From contig JALCZJ010000012.1 in NCBI GenBank assembly GCA_022690815.1, forward strand, positions 7,150 through 71,149: a stretch of 64,000 nucleotides of DNA, read 5' to 3'. This DNA comes from Ferrimicrobium sp. (lineage in GTDB: Bacteria > Actinomycetota > Acidimicrobiia > Acidimicrobiales > Acidimicrobiaceae). Shown in pieces: positions 20,030-29,719 of the stretch. Each line of letters opens with the position of its first letter. Position 1 is the stretch's first letter. The position numbers were made by a program, and so were the translations under genes. The notes under the pieces were generated by a model that was given only the letters and a program-made list of their open reading frames with translations, ran no database searches and was not told where the DNA came from.

Positions 20030-20944
20030 TCAGAGAGCGAGGAAGTCACGAAGGGACGCTGCAATGCCGGAAGGGTCGAGACCCTGCAGCTGGTCATGCT
20101 CGTGTCGCGTGCCATAGCGATGCGGGTCACGAGTGCGCACTCCCAGACCAAGGATCCGATGAGGTACATCCTGTAGCGCCCGTTCGACGATGGTAGTTGA
20201 GGTGCCTGCGAGGTAGGGCTCAATCATCACAACATCGGTACTAACCTCGGTTGCCGCCCTCAGCGTCGCCTCGTCAAAGGGACGGATAGTGCTCGCATAC
20301 AGAACAGTCACGTCAAGAGTTTGGGTGGCCTCCAGCACTGGATCGAGCATTGGACCCACCGCCACGACTACACCACGTACGCCCGTCTTGACCCGGATCA
20401 TGGTCGTCACATCATGGGTATGGGCCGTACTGTTGGTTGCTGTGCTCAAGCGCAGGTAGCTCACCGTTTGCGCCGAGACCGCACGACGCAGGAGTGGAGC
20501 AACCTCCCCAGGGTGCCCAGGGACAAATACCTGACTCGCGCCAAGGCTATCGAGCAACATGATATCTTCAGGGCATTGGTGCGTGCGGCCGTAGGCCGGC
20601 TCATCATAGGAGGCACCGATCGAGACGAGGGTGGCAGACAGTTCTTGATGAAAGAGATCGTCTTTGATCATCTCAAATGGCCTTTCGATAAGAAACGGTG
20701 CATAGGTGTGAACCAGTGGATGAAGGCCCTCAAGACTCAAGCCTGCCGCCACCCCGATCGCCGCCTGCTCCCGAATGCCGACATTGAGCACCCGTCCGGG
20801 GAAGCGCTGGCTCGCGTGCTCAAGACCTGAGGCAGAGATATCGGCGAGCACGATGATAGCGCCAGCATCGTCGGCCAACCAATCCTCTACCGCCCTAAAG
20901 AAAGCCTCTCGCATCGTGATCTTTCCAGGTGTCGTGACGGTCAT
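20030..20944 (-). CDS. transketolase, C-terminal (pyrimidine-binding) subunit of a split enzyme
   Basis: NVGIREQAAIGVAAGLSLEG and the HTYAPFL segment are typical of the Pyr domain. 4-nt overlap with the N-terminal subunit gene. Confidence 0.9.
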   Translation of the reverse strand: MTVTTPGKITMREAFFRAVEDWLADDAGAIIVLADISASGLEHASQRFPGRVLNVGIREQAAIGVAAGLSLEGLHPLVHTYAPFLIERPFEMIKDDLFHQELSATLVSIGASYDEPAYGRTHQCPEDIMLLDSLGASQVFVPGHPGEVAPLLRRAVSAQTVSYLRLSTATNSTAHTHDVTTMIRVKTGVRGVVVAVGPMLDPVLEATQTLDVTVLYASTIRPFDEATLRAATEVSTDVVMIEPYLAGTSTTIVERALQDVPHRILGLGVRTRDPHRYGTRHEHDQLQGLDPSGIAASLRDFLAL

Positions 20945-21651
20945 GATCGGACCTCACACACGACGGCACGAGGAGCTTGGGTGGGGTTGACATCGCCATC
21001 TTGCAATGCAGTCAGAAGCTCACCATGATCATTGGCCGACACCGTATTGGTGCGCCATCCCTCTACGCGAAATCGAGCAGCAATTCCGCCTGGCCAGCGA
21101 AGACTCGCGCTGTGGTTGTCGATAACGATCGCGATCAGGGATCCTAGCTCAAGACGACCGGCGAGCGCAATGGCCTCGTGGACGGAACCCTCGTCGAGTT
21201 CACCATCACCCATCAGGCAAAATACTCGCGGTGTCGTAGCCATTGTGAGCCTGAGGGCATAGAGGCTCCCACACGCGATCGCTAACCCATGGCCAAGCGA
21301 ACCGCTAGAGATCTCAACCGATCGAATCCGCAGCCGATCAGGGTGCCAGCCGAGTGACGACGAGAACTTGCCATAGGACGGGAGATCCGCGACATCGAGC
21401 AATCCTTTGGCGGCCAAAACGGCATAGAGAGCCATCGGTCCATGCCCTTTGGAGATGAACAACCGATCACGCATCGGATCGTCGATCGACTCATTTTGGA
21501 TAGCGAGCACAGCGTTATACAGTACCCAGAGTACATCGAGGGTCGAATGCGCACTCGGGTCGTGCTTCTCGTCGCCTCTCATGAGTTCGATGAGCGGTCC
21601 AAGGTCGTCGTAGCCCATCGGTATCGGTTGATCGGTCGTGGTTTGGTTCAT
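20941..21651 (-). CDS. transketolase, N-terminal (TPP-binding) subunit of a split enzyme
   Basis: SKGHGPMALYAVLA, SGSLGHGL and GDGELDEGSVHEA (the TPP-binding GDG..E motif). Confidence 0.9.
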   Translation of the reverse strand: MNQTTTDQPIPMGYDDLGPLIELMRGDEKHDPSAHSTLDVLWVLYNAVLAIQNESIDDPMRDRLFISKGHGPMALYAVLAAKGLLDVADLPSYGKFSSSLGWHPDRLRIRSVEISSGSLGHGLAIACGSLYALRLTMATTPRVFCLMGDGELDEGSVHEAIALAGRLELGSLIAIVIDNHSASLRWPGGIAARFRVEGWRTNTVSANDHGELLTALQDGDVNPTQAPRAVVCEVRS

Positions 21652-21658
21652 GGGAACT

Positions 21659-21689
21659 ACGATACAATCTCAAGTTAACTTGAGGTCAA
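21659..21689 (-). promoter_or_regulatory. SoxR box inside a MerR-type promoter (TTGACC-19 bp-TATCGT) ending 7 nt before the transketolase ATG
   Basis: The 16-bp perfect palindrome CTCAAGTTAACTTGAG (21669-21684) is identical to the core of the E. coli soxS SoxR box. -35 at 21684-21689, -10 at 21659-21664 (minus strand). Confidence 0.75.
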
Positions 21690-21714
21690 GTCAGAACAAG
21701 GAAAAATTATAAAC

Positions 21715-22197
21715 ATGACTTCTCAACAGGAACTGTGCTCAATTGGGATGGTCGCCCAACGCTGTGGAATCTCGGTTGCGACACTACGATTTTACGAAGA
21801 ACGAGGCCTCATCACCTCGGTTCGACCGAACGGCCAACATCGCATGTTTCCCCGTGCCACGATACGACGCATCGCCTTCATCAAAGTCGCACAACGGGTC
21901 GGACTTTCACTGGACGAGATTGGGCGAGCACTCTCGCTGCTCCCAGACAACCGGACACCGACACCCAAAGACTGGAGACGGCTCTCAGCGAGTTGGAGAA
22001 GTCGTATCGATGAACAGATCCGAACTCTTGAGAGCCTACGGGATAATCTCGACTCCTGCATCGGTTGCGGCTGTCTCTCGCTCCAGAGATGTGCACTCTA
22101 TAACACCGACGATCGAGCGGCAAAGCTCGGAACTGGCGCGCGATACCTTCTCGGAGACGAACCATCCGATGCCTCACCCACCGACCGCGACGGATGA
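21715..22197 (+). CDS. soxR: redox-sensitive MerR-family activator SoxR
   Basis: MerR HTH: IGMVAQRCGISVATLRFYEERGLI. [2Fe-2S] ligand motif CIGCGCLSLQRCALYN. Confidence 0.9.
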   Translation: MTSQQELCSIGMVAQRCGISVATLRFYEERGLITSVRPNGQHRMFPRATIRRIAFIKVAQRVGLSLDEIGRALSLLPDNRTPTPKDWRRLSASWRSRIDEQIRTLESLRDNLDSCIGCGCLSLQRCALYNTDDRAAKLGTGARYLLGDEPSDASPTDRDG

Positions 22198-22685
22198 GCA
22201 CGTCACCGGTCGATGATGGGCGACGTTGGCTCAAGCTTGGATCAAATCGCCCCACCGAGCACGGTGAACCACCTCGTCACCGCCGATCGCGTCCGCGTAA
22301 CCTCAAACTACATCCGGTGCCAGGGGGTCAAGCCTGCCGTTTGACAATCGTGCCGGGGTCAGAGCGAATCCTCACGGACAAAGAGCCACCTTGCACAACC
22401 AAGAACGCAAGATGCGGCCACCCCAAGAGCAGGGAGAGGTCCTTGGCTTGCACCGGGCTCAACATCGTTCACGATTGCCAACCTGATGCTGCAGGGTAAT
22501 CGGTTCGCGCCATTGCAAAAGGTTTACCTGCGCGATATAGCTCCCTGCACACACCGACACCGTGCTCGACCCAGAAGGAACTTCACACAAAACCACTGGC
22601 TCCTTTGCCCGACTTCTTAACCTATGATCAGGCTCCGTGGGCGCGATGCGGGTACAGTCTCGTGCTGCTTGGCGCAGCAGGTACT

Positions 22686-23057
22686 TCAGGCGCGCTCGCT
22701 CGTCGACTCGACGGTCACGGTCTGTACCGCTCCTGCGAGAATTTGAACCAACCCGAGTTGCTCATCACCTTCGATGTCAACCCGATAGGTCCCAGGGTCG
22801 AGGCTCGCAAAGACAGCAGCGACTCGGTGGCCACTGGCCATAACCCGATCGAGAAACCACACGTGCTTGTGAAAACCCTCGGAACCCCGTACAAAGCACT
22901 CTCGACCGACATGCTCTGCACCACCGAGCACGATGAGGGCTCCAGTGGTCTCATCAATATCGATCGCGACCGCTCCGGTGGTCGCCGCGACGTGCTCCTT
23001 GGGCATCGTGCGATGCCCAAGGAGTGTCAGGGGAGGGACAGATAAGGGCTCGGTCAC
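22686..23057 (-). CDS. conserved hypothetical protein (beta-rich, GTYRV-type C-terminus), translationally coupled to the DUF4331 gene
   Basis: GTG start at 23057 overlaps the DUF4331 TGA stop (GTGA). Pattern GALIVL...AAVFASLDPGTYRVDIEG...VQTVTV. No named family recognised. Confidence 0.55.
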   Translation of the reverse strand: MTEPLSVPPLTLLGHRTMPKEHVAATTGAVAIDIDETTGALIVLGGAEHVGRECFVRGSEGFHKHVWFLDRVMASGHRVAAVFASLDPGTYRVDIEGDEQLGLVQILAGAVQTVTVESTSERA

Positions 23058-24502
23058 GGGTTGACCAGACTTGGTTTCGGCGTCGTCGACGGATTCGAGA
23101 ACCCATCCCAAGGGATACCCAAGTACGGGAAACTACTCAAGTATGTCTCCCCAATTGGGCCGAGTTGACTTGCGGTGGTGGTGTTGGGATTGATGACGTC
23201 ATAGATCGCACCGGCCGCTGCGTCAGGCTTGTAGCTCTTATCCACCAGCGGGATGGTAGCGCCAGCGATCGCTCGCAGCTCAATCGAGACCACGTCATCA
23301 TAGACTCGCCGACCGTTCGGATACCCAGCCAAGTCGCCACCGAGGACACCGAGAATCGAGGGAGAGCTCGAAGGTGGGATCGCCACGTTCAGCCGCAACA
23401 TGTCTGAATACCAAGGGCCGGTATAGGTCATGAGGCCATCGACCACGCCGGTTGGAATTCCAGTCAACAAAATGGCTGTCAGATCCGCTCGTGCCGACGT
23501 ATATTTAGCCAGGTTGGGGAAGACGCCCGGATACAGCACCGGCAACAGCGACCCCAGCTCGGGATGCTGAACATAGGAGAGGAACTCCCGATCAGCAAAC
23601 GGTGGAAGAGTGTTCCACAGATCCTTCTTGCCAATAGGAACGATCACCTCGTTGAACAGCGGGTTACCGAGCCTCGAGATCTGCACGAAGGGGCCAACAT
23701 CGGAGTCAGTGCCTTGAAACTGCGGGTTATAGACACGGACCTTCTGACGGTTAGCCGAGGTCCAGATACCAAGGACTGCAGAGGGATCAGTCACCGACGT
23801 TGGCATCGAGCCATTGTTGGTCAGCAACGAAATGGGAACCTGAATCGCAATCGAGGCAACGTTAAGACCAGCGGTTGCGTTGACCCCAGCCGATGCTGGA
23901 CCAGGAATGAGCTGATCAGGCGAGAACGGTCGGAGATCCCCAAGATCAAAGATCGAACCGAGATCGACATAGAAGCCCTCCGCTCGCTGGCCAGCAAAGA
24001 TCTTCTCGCCATCACTGGTGGTTACGACCGCCGCGTCTGCGAGCGGCGTGTAGTGGGGAATCGAACGTGGACCGACATTTGAAGGCGGGCATGGAGCGTG
24101 ATTGGCAAGTTCGTGATAGCCATGCTGATCAATACGAACCGCCGAGTAGAACTGGCGACGGTTCCAGTTTGGAGAGTCCAACGACGTAATCTGCCCGGTG
24201 TTGTATAAGAAGGTGTTGGGGTCGGTCAACTCGGTCTGGAACTGGAACTGGTAGGTAATATTCGACAATGGCTCTTGGTTGTTCGCGATGTGAATCTCAT
24301 AGAGTACATCGTCGCCAAACTCATAAAAGTTTGGTCCACCAGCTGGAAGTTGCAGCGGCAGGTAGTTGGCGATAATCGTGACGGTGTCTGGATTATCAGG
24401 CGACCGAAATGCGTAGAGATCGGTGGAGTCGGCTACCGGATCCTTCGATATGGCGGGTGCTTCCCGGTGTGATGACATAACAATGTTCCTTTCCTGGTGC
24501 AC
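23054..24502 (-). CDS. DUF4331-domain protein
   Basis: Hallmark N-terminus SSHREAPAISKDPVADSTDLYAFRSPDNPDTVTIIANY. No signal peptide is visible. Confidence 0.85.
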   Translation of the reverse strand: MHQERNIVMSSHREAPAISKDPVADSTDLYAFRSPDNPDTVTIIANYLPLQLPAGGPNFYEFGDDVLYEIHIANNQEPLSNITYQFQFQTELTDPNTFLYNTGQITSLDSPNWNRRQFYSAVRIDQHGYHELANHAPCPPSNVGPRSIPHYTPLADAAVVTTSDGEKIFAGQRAEGFYVDLGSIFDLGDLRPFSPDQLIPGPASAGVNATAGLNVASIAIQVPISLLTNNGSMPTSVTDPSAVLGIWTSANRQKVRVYNPQFQGTDSDVGPFVQISRLGNPLFNEVIVPIGKKDLWNTLPPFADREFLSYVQHPELGSLLPVLYPGVFPNLAKYTSARADLTAILLTGIPTGVVDGLMTYTGPWYSDMLRLNVAIPPSSSPSILGVLGGDLAGYPNGRRVYDDVVSIELRAIAGATIPLVDKSYKPDAAAGAIYDVINPNTTTASQLGPIGETYLSSFPYLGIPWDGFSNPSTTPKPSLVNP

Positions 24503-24565
24503 AGCAAAGCCGTGCGCTGATCACAGTTGGCGTACGAGTCTTGACAATGAAATAAGTGCTACGAT

Positions 24566-24853
24566 TTAGCGAGTGGTGCGAACCATGGACGCAAGTCGTG
24601 CAACAAGTCGGTGATCGGTGATATGGACCTCTTCGGTTCCCACCATGACCGACAACTCGCCGGTGGCGGGATTCGCAACGTGTACCACCAGCGATGAGAG
24701 GGCGCTTGCCTCTTCGGGGGTAAGTGCTTCATTGGTCTTCTCTTTCGAATCGGCCAGTCTCACCGCACCGGCGGGGATTGCGGCAACCGCACCGGCCGCT
24801 GCCAGCGTGGCTGACGATCGAATCAGAAAGGAACGACGACTTACTTCGGTCAT
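24566..24853 (-). CDS. small Tat-signal protein (95 aa)
   Basis: Twin-arginine motif SRRSFLIRSSATLAAAGAVAAIPAGA. ATG at 24853. Lies 64 nt upstream of the DUF4331 gene on the same strand. Confidence 0.6.
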   Translation of the reverse strand: MTEVSRRSFLIRSSATLAAAGAVAAIPAGAVRLADSKEKTNEALTPEEASALSSLVVHVANPATGELSVMVGTEEVHITDHRLVARLASMVRTTR

Positions 24854-25147
24854 ATGGCCTCCATTCTTCACACAGCGAACGCTGTTGATGGAGAGGATTC
24901 GGAGCCCAATTGAAGATTGGATGGGCATAACCAAAGTTTTGTTTTTGCTCGCTCGATGACGTGATCATGGAGGCATCGCCGGCATGGCGCTCATCAAGTC
25001 GGCTGAGGCCGGTGTCAATGTCCGAATCAGTAGGACGCAAAGCTTGTTCTACCCGATCACGCAGGGCCCACGGTTGACAAAGGACCAAGGGCGGCTCTAG
25101 TCCCTACGAACCGACACCGAGATCAGTACCGCCAGAACCAACCAAAA

Positions 25148-26860
25148 TCAGCCCGCCTGTTTGTTGGCTCCACGTACAGACGAAGCCATCATAGGCCCAT
25201 CCTTGGATGTCCATTCATTGGCGAAGTCAAGGATTTTATCGGACCGGAATGTCTCCATGAAGGCCTCTGAGTGCGTGATGGCGACAATCGTGGCTCCCGC
25301 AAACTGTTCATTGAGAATCTCGACGACCATCTGCTCATTCTCGCCATCGAGTCCTGCCGTGGGTTCGTCTAACACCACGTTACGAGGGTTGAGCACCAGG
25401 AGTCGAGCCAGTGCCAAGCGCTGAGCCTCCCCTTGCGAAACCTTCCTGTTGGACGCGCCCACTGGTGTCGCGAGACCCTCTGGGAGTCCCCGAAACCAAG
25501 GGCCGAGACCGACGCGATCGAGCGCATCGATGAGCGCTGCGTCACTGGCGGTCGACTGAGCCAGCCTGAGATTGGCCGCCAATGGGGCAGCAAAGACATA
25601 CGGCTCTGATGAAAGATAGGCGACCGCGTGCGCAATAGCTTCCTCGCTCAACTCGGTGCTCGGTATGCCACCGAGGCGTAGCACGCCATCCGATGGTGTC
25701 CAAGCGCCCATGATGAGTGCTGCCAGGGTCGACTTGCCCGAGCCCGTTGGCCCCACGACCAACAGCCGTTCTCCAGCATCGATATGAAGACTGAGGACGT
25801 CGATGACTGGGCGTGTCGCATCCGGATAGGTGAACGACACCTGATCGAAGTCGATAGGAACTGGGGTTGCCTCGGGTAACGCACCGTCGAGGGTTCTGGA
25901 ATCCCGCCCCTCCAGGGTAAGGGTGCCTTCGAGGCGCTCGATCGCCGGTGTCCCAGATCCAGCTTTCGCCGCCTCGAGCCCAATGGAGGTCAGGCCCTCG
26001 AGAATCGCGAGCAGCAAAAAAGGGATCACCGCGAGTTCCACATTGCCAAGCCGGTGTGCGCGAATAAGATCCGCACCGATCAACAGTGTCGCCGTCAATG
26101 CTGCGGCCTCAACCCCAGCATTGATGAGCCCGAGCCAGGCTCCGATGCCAGCTTGACGCCGAGCTGGACGAACCAGGCGCTGTGCCTTGGCTGCCAGATG
26201 TCCTAGCAACGAGTCATCGCCACCGAGGAAGTAGCGCGACTCGAACGTAGCGGCTGCGGCTACCGCGTCGTCATACGTTTGGGCACGCAACTGAGGGCTT
26301 TCACGCGCTTGGCCGCGCGCCCAGCGATAGGCTAACAGGGGGACCACCACCCCGATAACAACGAGGGTCGGTAGCAGCGCTACCAGAAAGTCAACCGACA
26401 CGAGACCGACGACCACGACCGCGGTCAACGCTGCAAGGCCAACGCCAAGGATTGGACCGACAAGCCGGGCAGCCAACTCCTCGAGCTGATTCATGTCCCC
26501 GTTCAGCGACGCGAGGACCTCCCCAAAGACTCCAGGCCTCACGCGATACGGGACCACCAGCGCCAAGCGTTCAAAGAGTAACGTCCGCACCTTGGCGGCC
26601 ACATCCAAGGTCAACGAATGACCAAGCATCCGTTCGCCGTACTGACTCGCCCCCCGTGCGAGCGCAAAGAATCGGACCGCTCCGATCGCCACACCGAGGG
26701 TCAAGATTCCTGGCCTCAGGGAGGCCTTGGATATCAGATAGGCCGAAAGCGCAAAGAGCAGCGCTGGCGAAAGGTAGGCCATAAATCCAACACCGAGATA
26801 ACCCCACACCTGCGCACGCCGCGCGTGGTAGCGCTCGAATACGATGGCCGATAACTTCAT
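25148..26860 (-). CDS. cydC: thiol-reductant ABC exporter subunit CydC
   Basis: Six-TMS domain plus ABC ATPase (GPTGSGKST, LSQGEAQRLALAR, LDEPTAGLD). 4-nt overlap with cydD. Last gene of the cydABDC cluster. Confidence 0.85.
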   Translation of the reverse strand: MKLSAIVFERYHARRAQVWGYLGVGFMAYLSPALLFALSAYLISKASLRPGILTLGVAIGAVRFFALARGASQYGERMLGHSLTLDVAAKVRTLLFERLALVVPYRVRPGVFGEVLASLNGDMNQLEELAARLVGPILGVGLAALTAVVVVGLVSVDFLVALLPTLVVIGVVVPLLAYRWARGQARESPQLRAQTYDDAVAAAATFESRYFLGGDDSLLGHLAAKAQRLVRPARRQAGIGAWLGLINAGVEAAALTATLLIGADLIRAHRLGNVELAVIPFLLLAILEGLTSIGLEAAKAGSGTPAIERLEGTLTLEGRDSRTLDGALPEATPVPIDFDQVSFTYPDATRPVIDVLSLHIDAGERLLVVGPTGSGKSTLAALIMGAWTPSDGVLRLGGIPSTELSEEAIAHAVAYLSSEPYVFAAPLAANLRLAQSTASDAALIDALDRVGLGPWFRGLPEGLATPVGASNRKVSQGEAQRLALARLLVLNPRNVVLDEPTAGLDGENEQMVVEILNEQFAGATIVAITHSEAFMETFRSDKILDFANEWTSKDGPMMASSVRGANKQAG

Positions 26861-28617
26861 CTCGTCTCCCCGAGCTTGAGCAGCCAGCTGGCCTCGGACT
26901 GGATGCGATCCGAGTGTGATGCGATCACCAGCAGCCGAGATGCACTCACGGCTAACAGCGAATCGAGGAGCTTGCGCTCCATGGCTGAATTCAGATGAGC
27001 CGTTGGCTCGTCAAGAAGCAGGATAGGTCTGCGCATCAAGAGCACCCTTGCGACGCCGAGGCGTTGACGCTCGCCAGCGCTTAGGTTCACACCGTTGGCT
27101 AGCACCCGCTGATCGAGACGATCTTCGAATCCGTCAGCACCTACCATCGCGAGGACATCACGCACCTGGCTCCGGTTGGCCGATGGATTCAACAGGATGA
27201 GATTGTCATAGACGCTTGCCTCGACAAAGCCAGGGTTCGCCGGGAGGAAGGCAACCAGCTCACGGGGCAACGCCGAACGCCATTGGCCAGCATGAACGCC
27301 CAAATCCTCAAATCCAACTCCGCTCGTGTCGCTACGTCGAGGCTGGAGCTTGAGCCTTCCAACCGTTGGCAACAGACCCCCAAGGCCAAGCAGCCACGAG
27401 GTTTTGCCAACCCCGCTCGCACCATGAACGACGATGAGATCTCCCCAGGCCGCAGCGAGGTTCACCCCGGCGCTGCGTTGGCCATTGGGAATCAATACTC
27501 CAAAGTCCTCGAGCTCAAGCGCAAGTCCACGGTCATCATGATTTGACGCACCAACCGTCTGGGGTGCCTGACGGGTCAGCGTGGTGGAGACAATCGAGGG
27601 AGTCATGCTCGCCATGATGCATTCTGGTTCGTCATGGCCATCCACGAGATGCGCGATCCTCCGATGCACTGCAGCCGCGTCTTGGGTGGCATGAAACTGC
27701 AGCGCCGCAGCCCGAACAGGTCGAAAGATCTCAGGAATCACAAACAGCACTGCCGCACCGGTCGCCAACGTCATCGAGGCATCGTTGAGGCGAATACCGA
27801 TCGAAACCGCCACCAAGGCGACGATGATCGCGACCAGTGTGTCAAGGCTTACCCCGGAGATGAAGGCTATACTCAACACGCCCATCGTTCGCTTACGCAA
27901 CTCCTGAGCAGCGTTGGCAATGGCATGCTCCTGCAGGTGAGCCTTGTTGAAGGCCTTCAGGGTCACCATTCCGCTCAAAATATCCAGGTATAAGGCATTC
28001 AGTCGGACCGTCGCACCGAGCTGAAGGTCTGCCCGATCCTTCGTACTCTTGCCGACGACGATCATGATCACCGGCAAGACCATCAGCCCAACAACCACCT
28101 CGATGAAGGCCATTGGTGATTCAAGCAGGGTGAAGAGGATGAGTACCGGGGTAGCGATGGCGGCACCAATGACCTCGGGCAGAAAGCGCGCGGCATAGGG
28201 GATCAGCGTGGCGACCCCATCGGTCACGAGATACCCCAACTCGGTTCCCCCAAGCGGGGCCCGTGTCGCCCGTTCGGTTACTTGGCTAATCGTTCGCTCG
28301 GCATAGTCAACTCCAAGACGGACTGCGATGTAGTCGATCACCCGCAGCATCGCCAAACGTCCGCCGAAGGCGACGCCAAAGACCAACGCGAGTCGCCAGA
28401 TATCCCCATAGCGATGCTCGGTCACCACATCCTGGAGCATTCTCCCGATCATCAACGCCGCGACGATCAGTCCAACGAGCGCGATCAATTGGGCAACCAC
28501 AATCAACACCACAAGGAACCGCGCTCCCCTGCCGTCAACAACGCCAGCCAAGAGCGCTCGCGGCGAGCCAGGATCAACTGTCTTCGATTTTGCCAACTTC
28601 AGGACCAAGGCAGACAC
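26857..28617 (-). CDS. cydD: thiol-reductant ABC exporter subunit CydD
   Basis: TMD plus ABC ATPase (GASGVGKTS, LSAGERQRLGVAR, LLDEPTAHL). Position is directly after cydB. Confidence 0.85.
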   Translation of the reverse strand: MSALVLKLAKSKTVDPGSPRALLAGVVDGRGARFLVVLIVVAQLIALVGLIVAALMIGRMLQDVVTEHRYGDIWRLALVFGVAFGGRLAMLRVIDYIAVRLGVDYAERTISQVTERATRAPLGGTELGYLVTDGVATLIPYAARFLPEVIGAAIATPVLILFTLLESPMAFIEVVVGLMVLPVIMIVVGKSTKDRADLQLGATVRLNALYLDILSGMVTLKAFNKAHLQEHAIANAAQELRKRTMGVLSIAFISGVSLDTLVAIIVALVAVSIGIRLNDASMTLATGAAVLFVIPEIFRPVRAAALQFHATQDAAAVHRRIAHLVDGHDEPECIMASMTPSIVSTTLTRQAPQTVGASNHDDRGLALELEDFGVLIPNGQRSAGVNLAAAWGDLIVVHGASGVGKTSWLLGLGGLLPTVGRLKLQPRRSDTSGVGFEDLGVHAGQWRSALPRELVAFLPANPGFVEASVYDNLILLNPSANRSQVRDVLAMVGADGFEDRLDQRVLANGVNLSAGERQRLGVARVLLMRRPILLLDEPTAHLNSAMERKLLDSLLAVSASRLLVIASHSDRIQSEASWLLKLGETR

Positions 28618-28672
28618 CCACTCTCCGCGATCGCTCAGCGCCCTGGTTCAGCCTGGTAAACGACGAAGGCGC

Positions 28673-29713
28673 TCATGCCTCAACCTTGGCTCCGGTTGGT
28701 GGAAGCGTGATCCGCTTCCGGAAGATCCAATAGGTCCAACCCTGATAGAGCAGCACAAACGGGGTAAAGATGGCAGCAATAACAGTCATGATGTTGAGGG
28801 TGTAACGCTGAGAGGCCGCCGTGGTAATGCTCAATGAATCCGAGAAGGCCGTTGACGAGGTGATCACATTCGGGTAAAGAGTCATGAAGATGGTGACGGT
28901 GAGTGCCAAGATAGCGACACCGGTGAAGACAAAAGCCCACCCGTTGAGGTGCTCACGTACCAGCCATGACACCGCTGCAATCAGGAGGAATGCTGTAACC
29001 GGGATGAAGCCCGGAACCGCACCGCTGTTACCATGCGAACGAGCAACAAAATAGGTCCACGTTAAGAAGGCGAGCAGGACCAGCGTGGCTATCGGCGCAA
29101 CACGGCGGGCAGCCCCGACCGCCTTCTCGTGGAGCTCACCTGTCGTCTTGAGGCTGAGAAAGGTCGACCCGTGGAGCACAAAAAGTGCGACCATCGTGAG
29201 GCCACCCAGTAGTGCATACGGCTGCAGTAGGTTCAACAGATTGCCGGTGAACACATGGTGCGCATTGAGCGGAATACCTTTGAGAAGATCGGCGAAGGCG
29301 ACTCCCCAAATCAGCGAGGCGAGCAACGATCCGCTGAAGTTGACCCGATCCCAATTGCTTCGCCACCGGGTACTGGTGCGTAGTCCGCGGAACTCAAAGG
29401 ACATGCCACGTACGATCAGCGCGACGAGTACGACAAAGAGAGCAAGGTAGAACGCTGAGAACATCGTCGAATACCAAAGGGGAAAGGCAGCGAACGTCGC
29501 TCCGCCAGCGACGATAAGCCATACTTCGTTGCCGTCCCAGATGGGTCCGATGGCGTTGATGAGACCACGGCGCTCGAGATCGCTCTTTGCGATCACCGGC
29601 AGAAGCATCCCGACACCGAAGTCGAACCCTTCAAGAAAGAAGTACCCAGACCAGAGCACCCCGATCAGGACAAACCAAAACAGCTGCAAGCCAGTGACAT
29701 GCATCGTTGACAT
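28673..29713 (-). CDS. cydB: cytochrome bd ubiquinol oxidase subunit II
   Basis: Polytopic protein with WFVLIGVLWSGYFFLEGFDFGVG and GPIWDGNEVWL, both hallmark CydB segments. Confidence 0.9.
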   Translation of the reverse strand: MSTMHVTGLQLFWFVLIGVLWSGYFFLEGFDFGVGMLLPVIAKSDLERRGLINAIGPIWDGNEVWLIVAGGATFAAFPLWYSTMFSAFYLALFVVLVALIVRGMSFEFRGLRTSTRWRSNWDRVNFSGSLLASLIWGVAFADLLKGIPLNAHHVFTGNLLNLLQPYALLGGLTMVALFVLHGSTFLSLKTTGELHEKAVGAARRVAPIATLVLLAFLTWTYFVARSHGNSGAVPGFIPVTAFLLIAAVSWLVREHLNGWAFVFTGVAILALTVTIFMTLYPNVITSSTAFSDSLSITTAASQRYTLNIMTVIAAIFTPFVLLYQGWTYWIFRKRITLPPTGAKVEA

Positions 29714-29719
29714 CCTCTC

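Noticed and set aside
22605-23045. A 146-aa plus-strand ORF downstream of soxR.
   Set aside because: It overlaps, in antisense, the minus-strand gene that is translationally coupled (GTGA) to the DUF4331 gene. It has no motif or SD.
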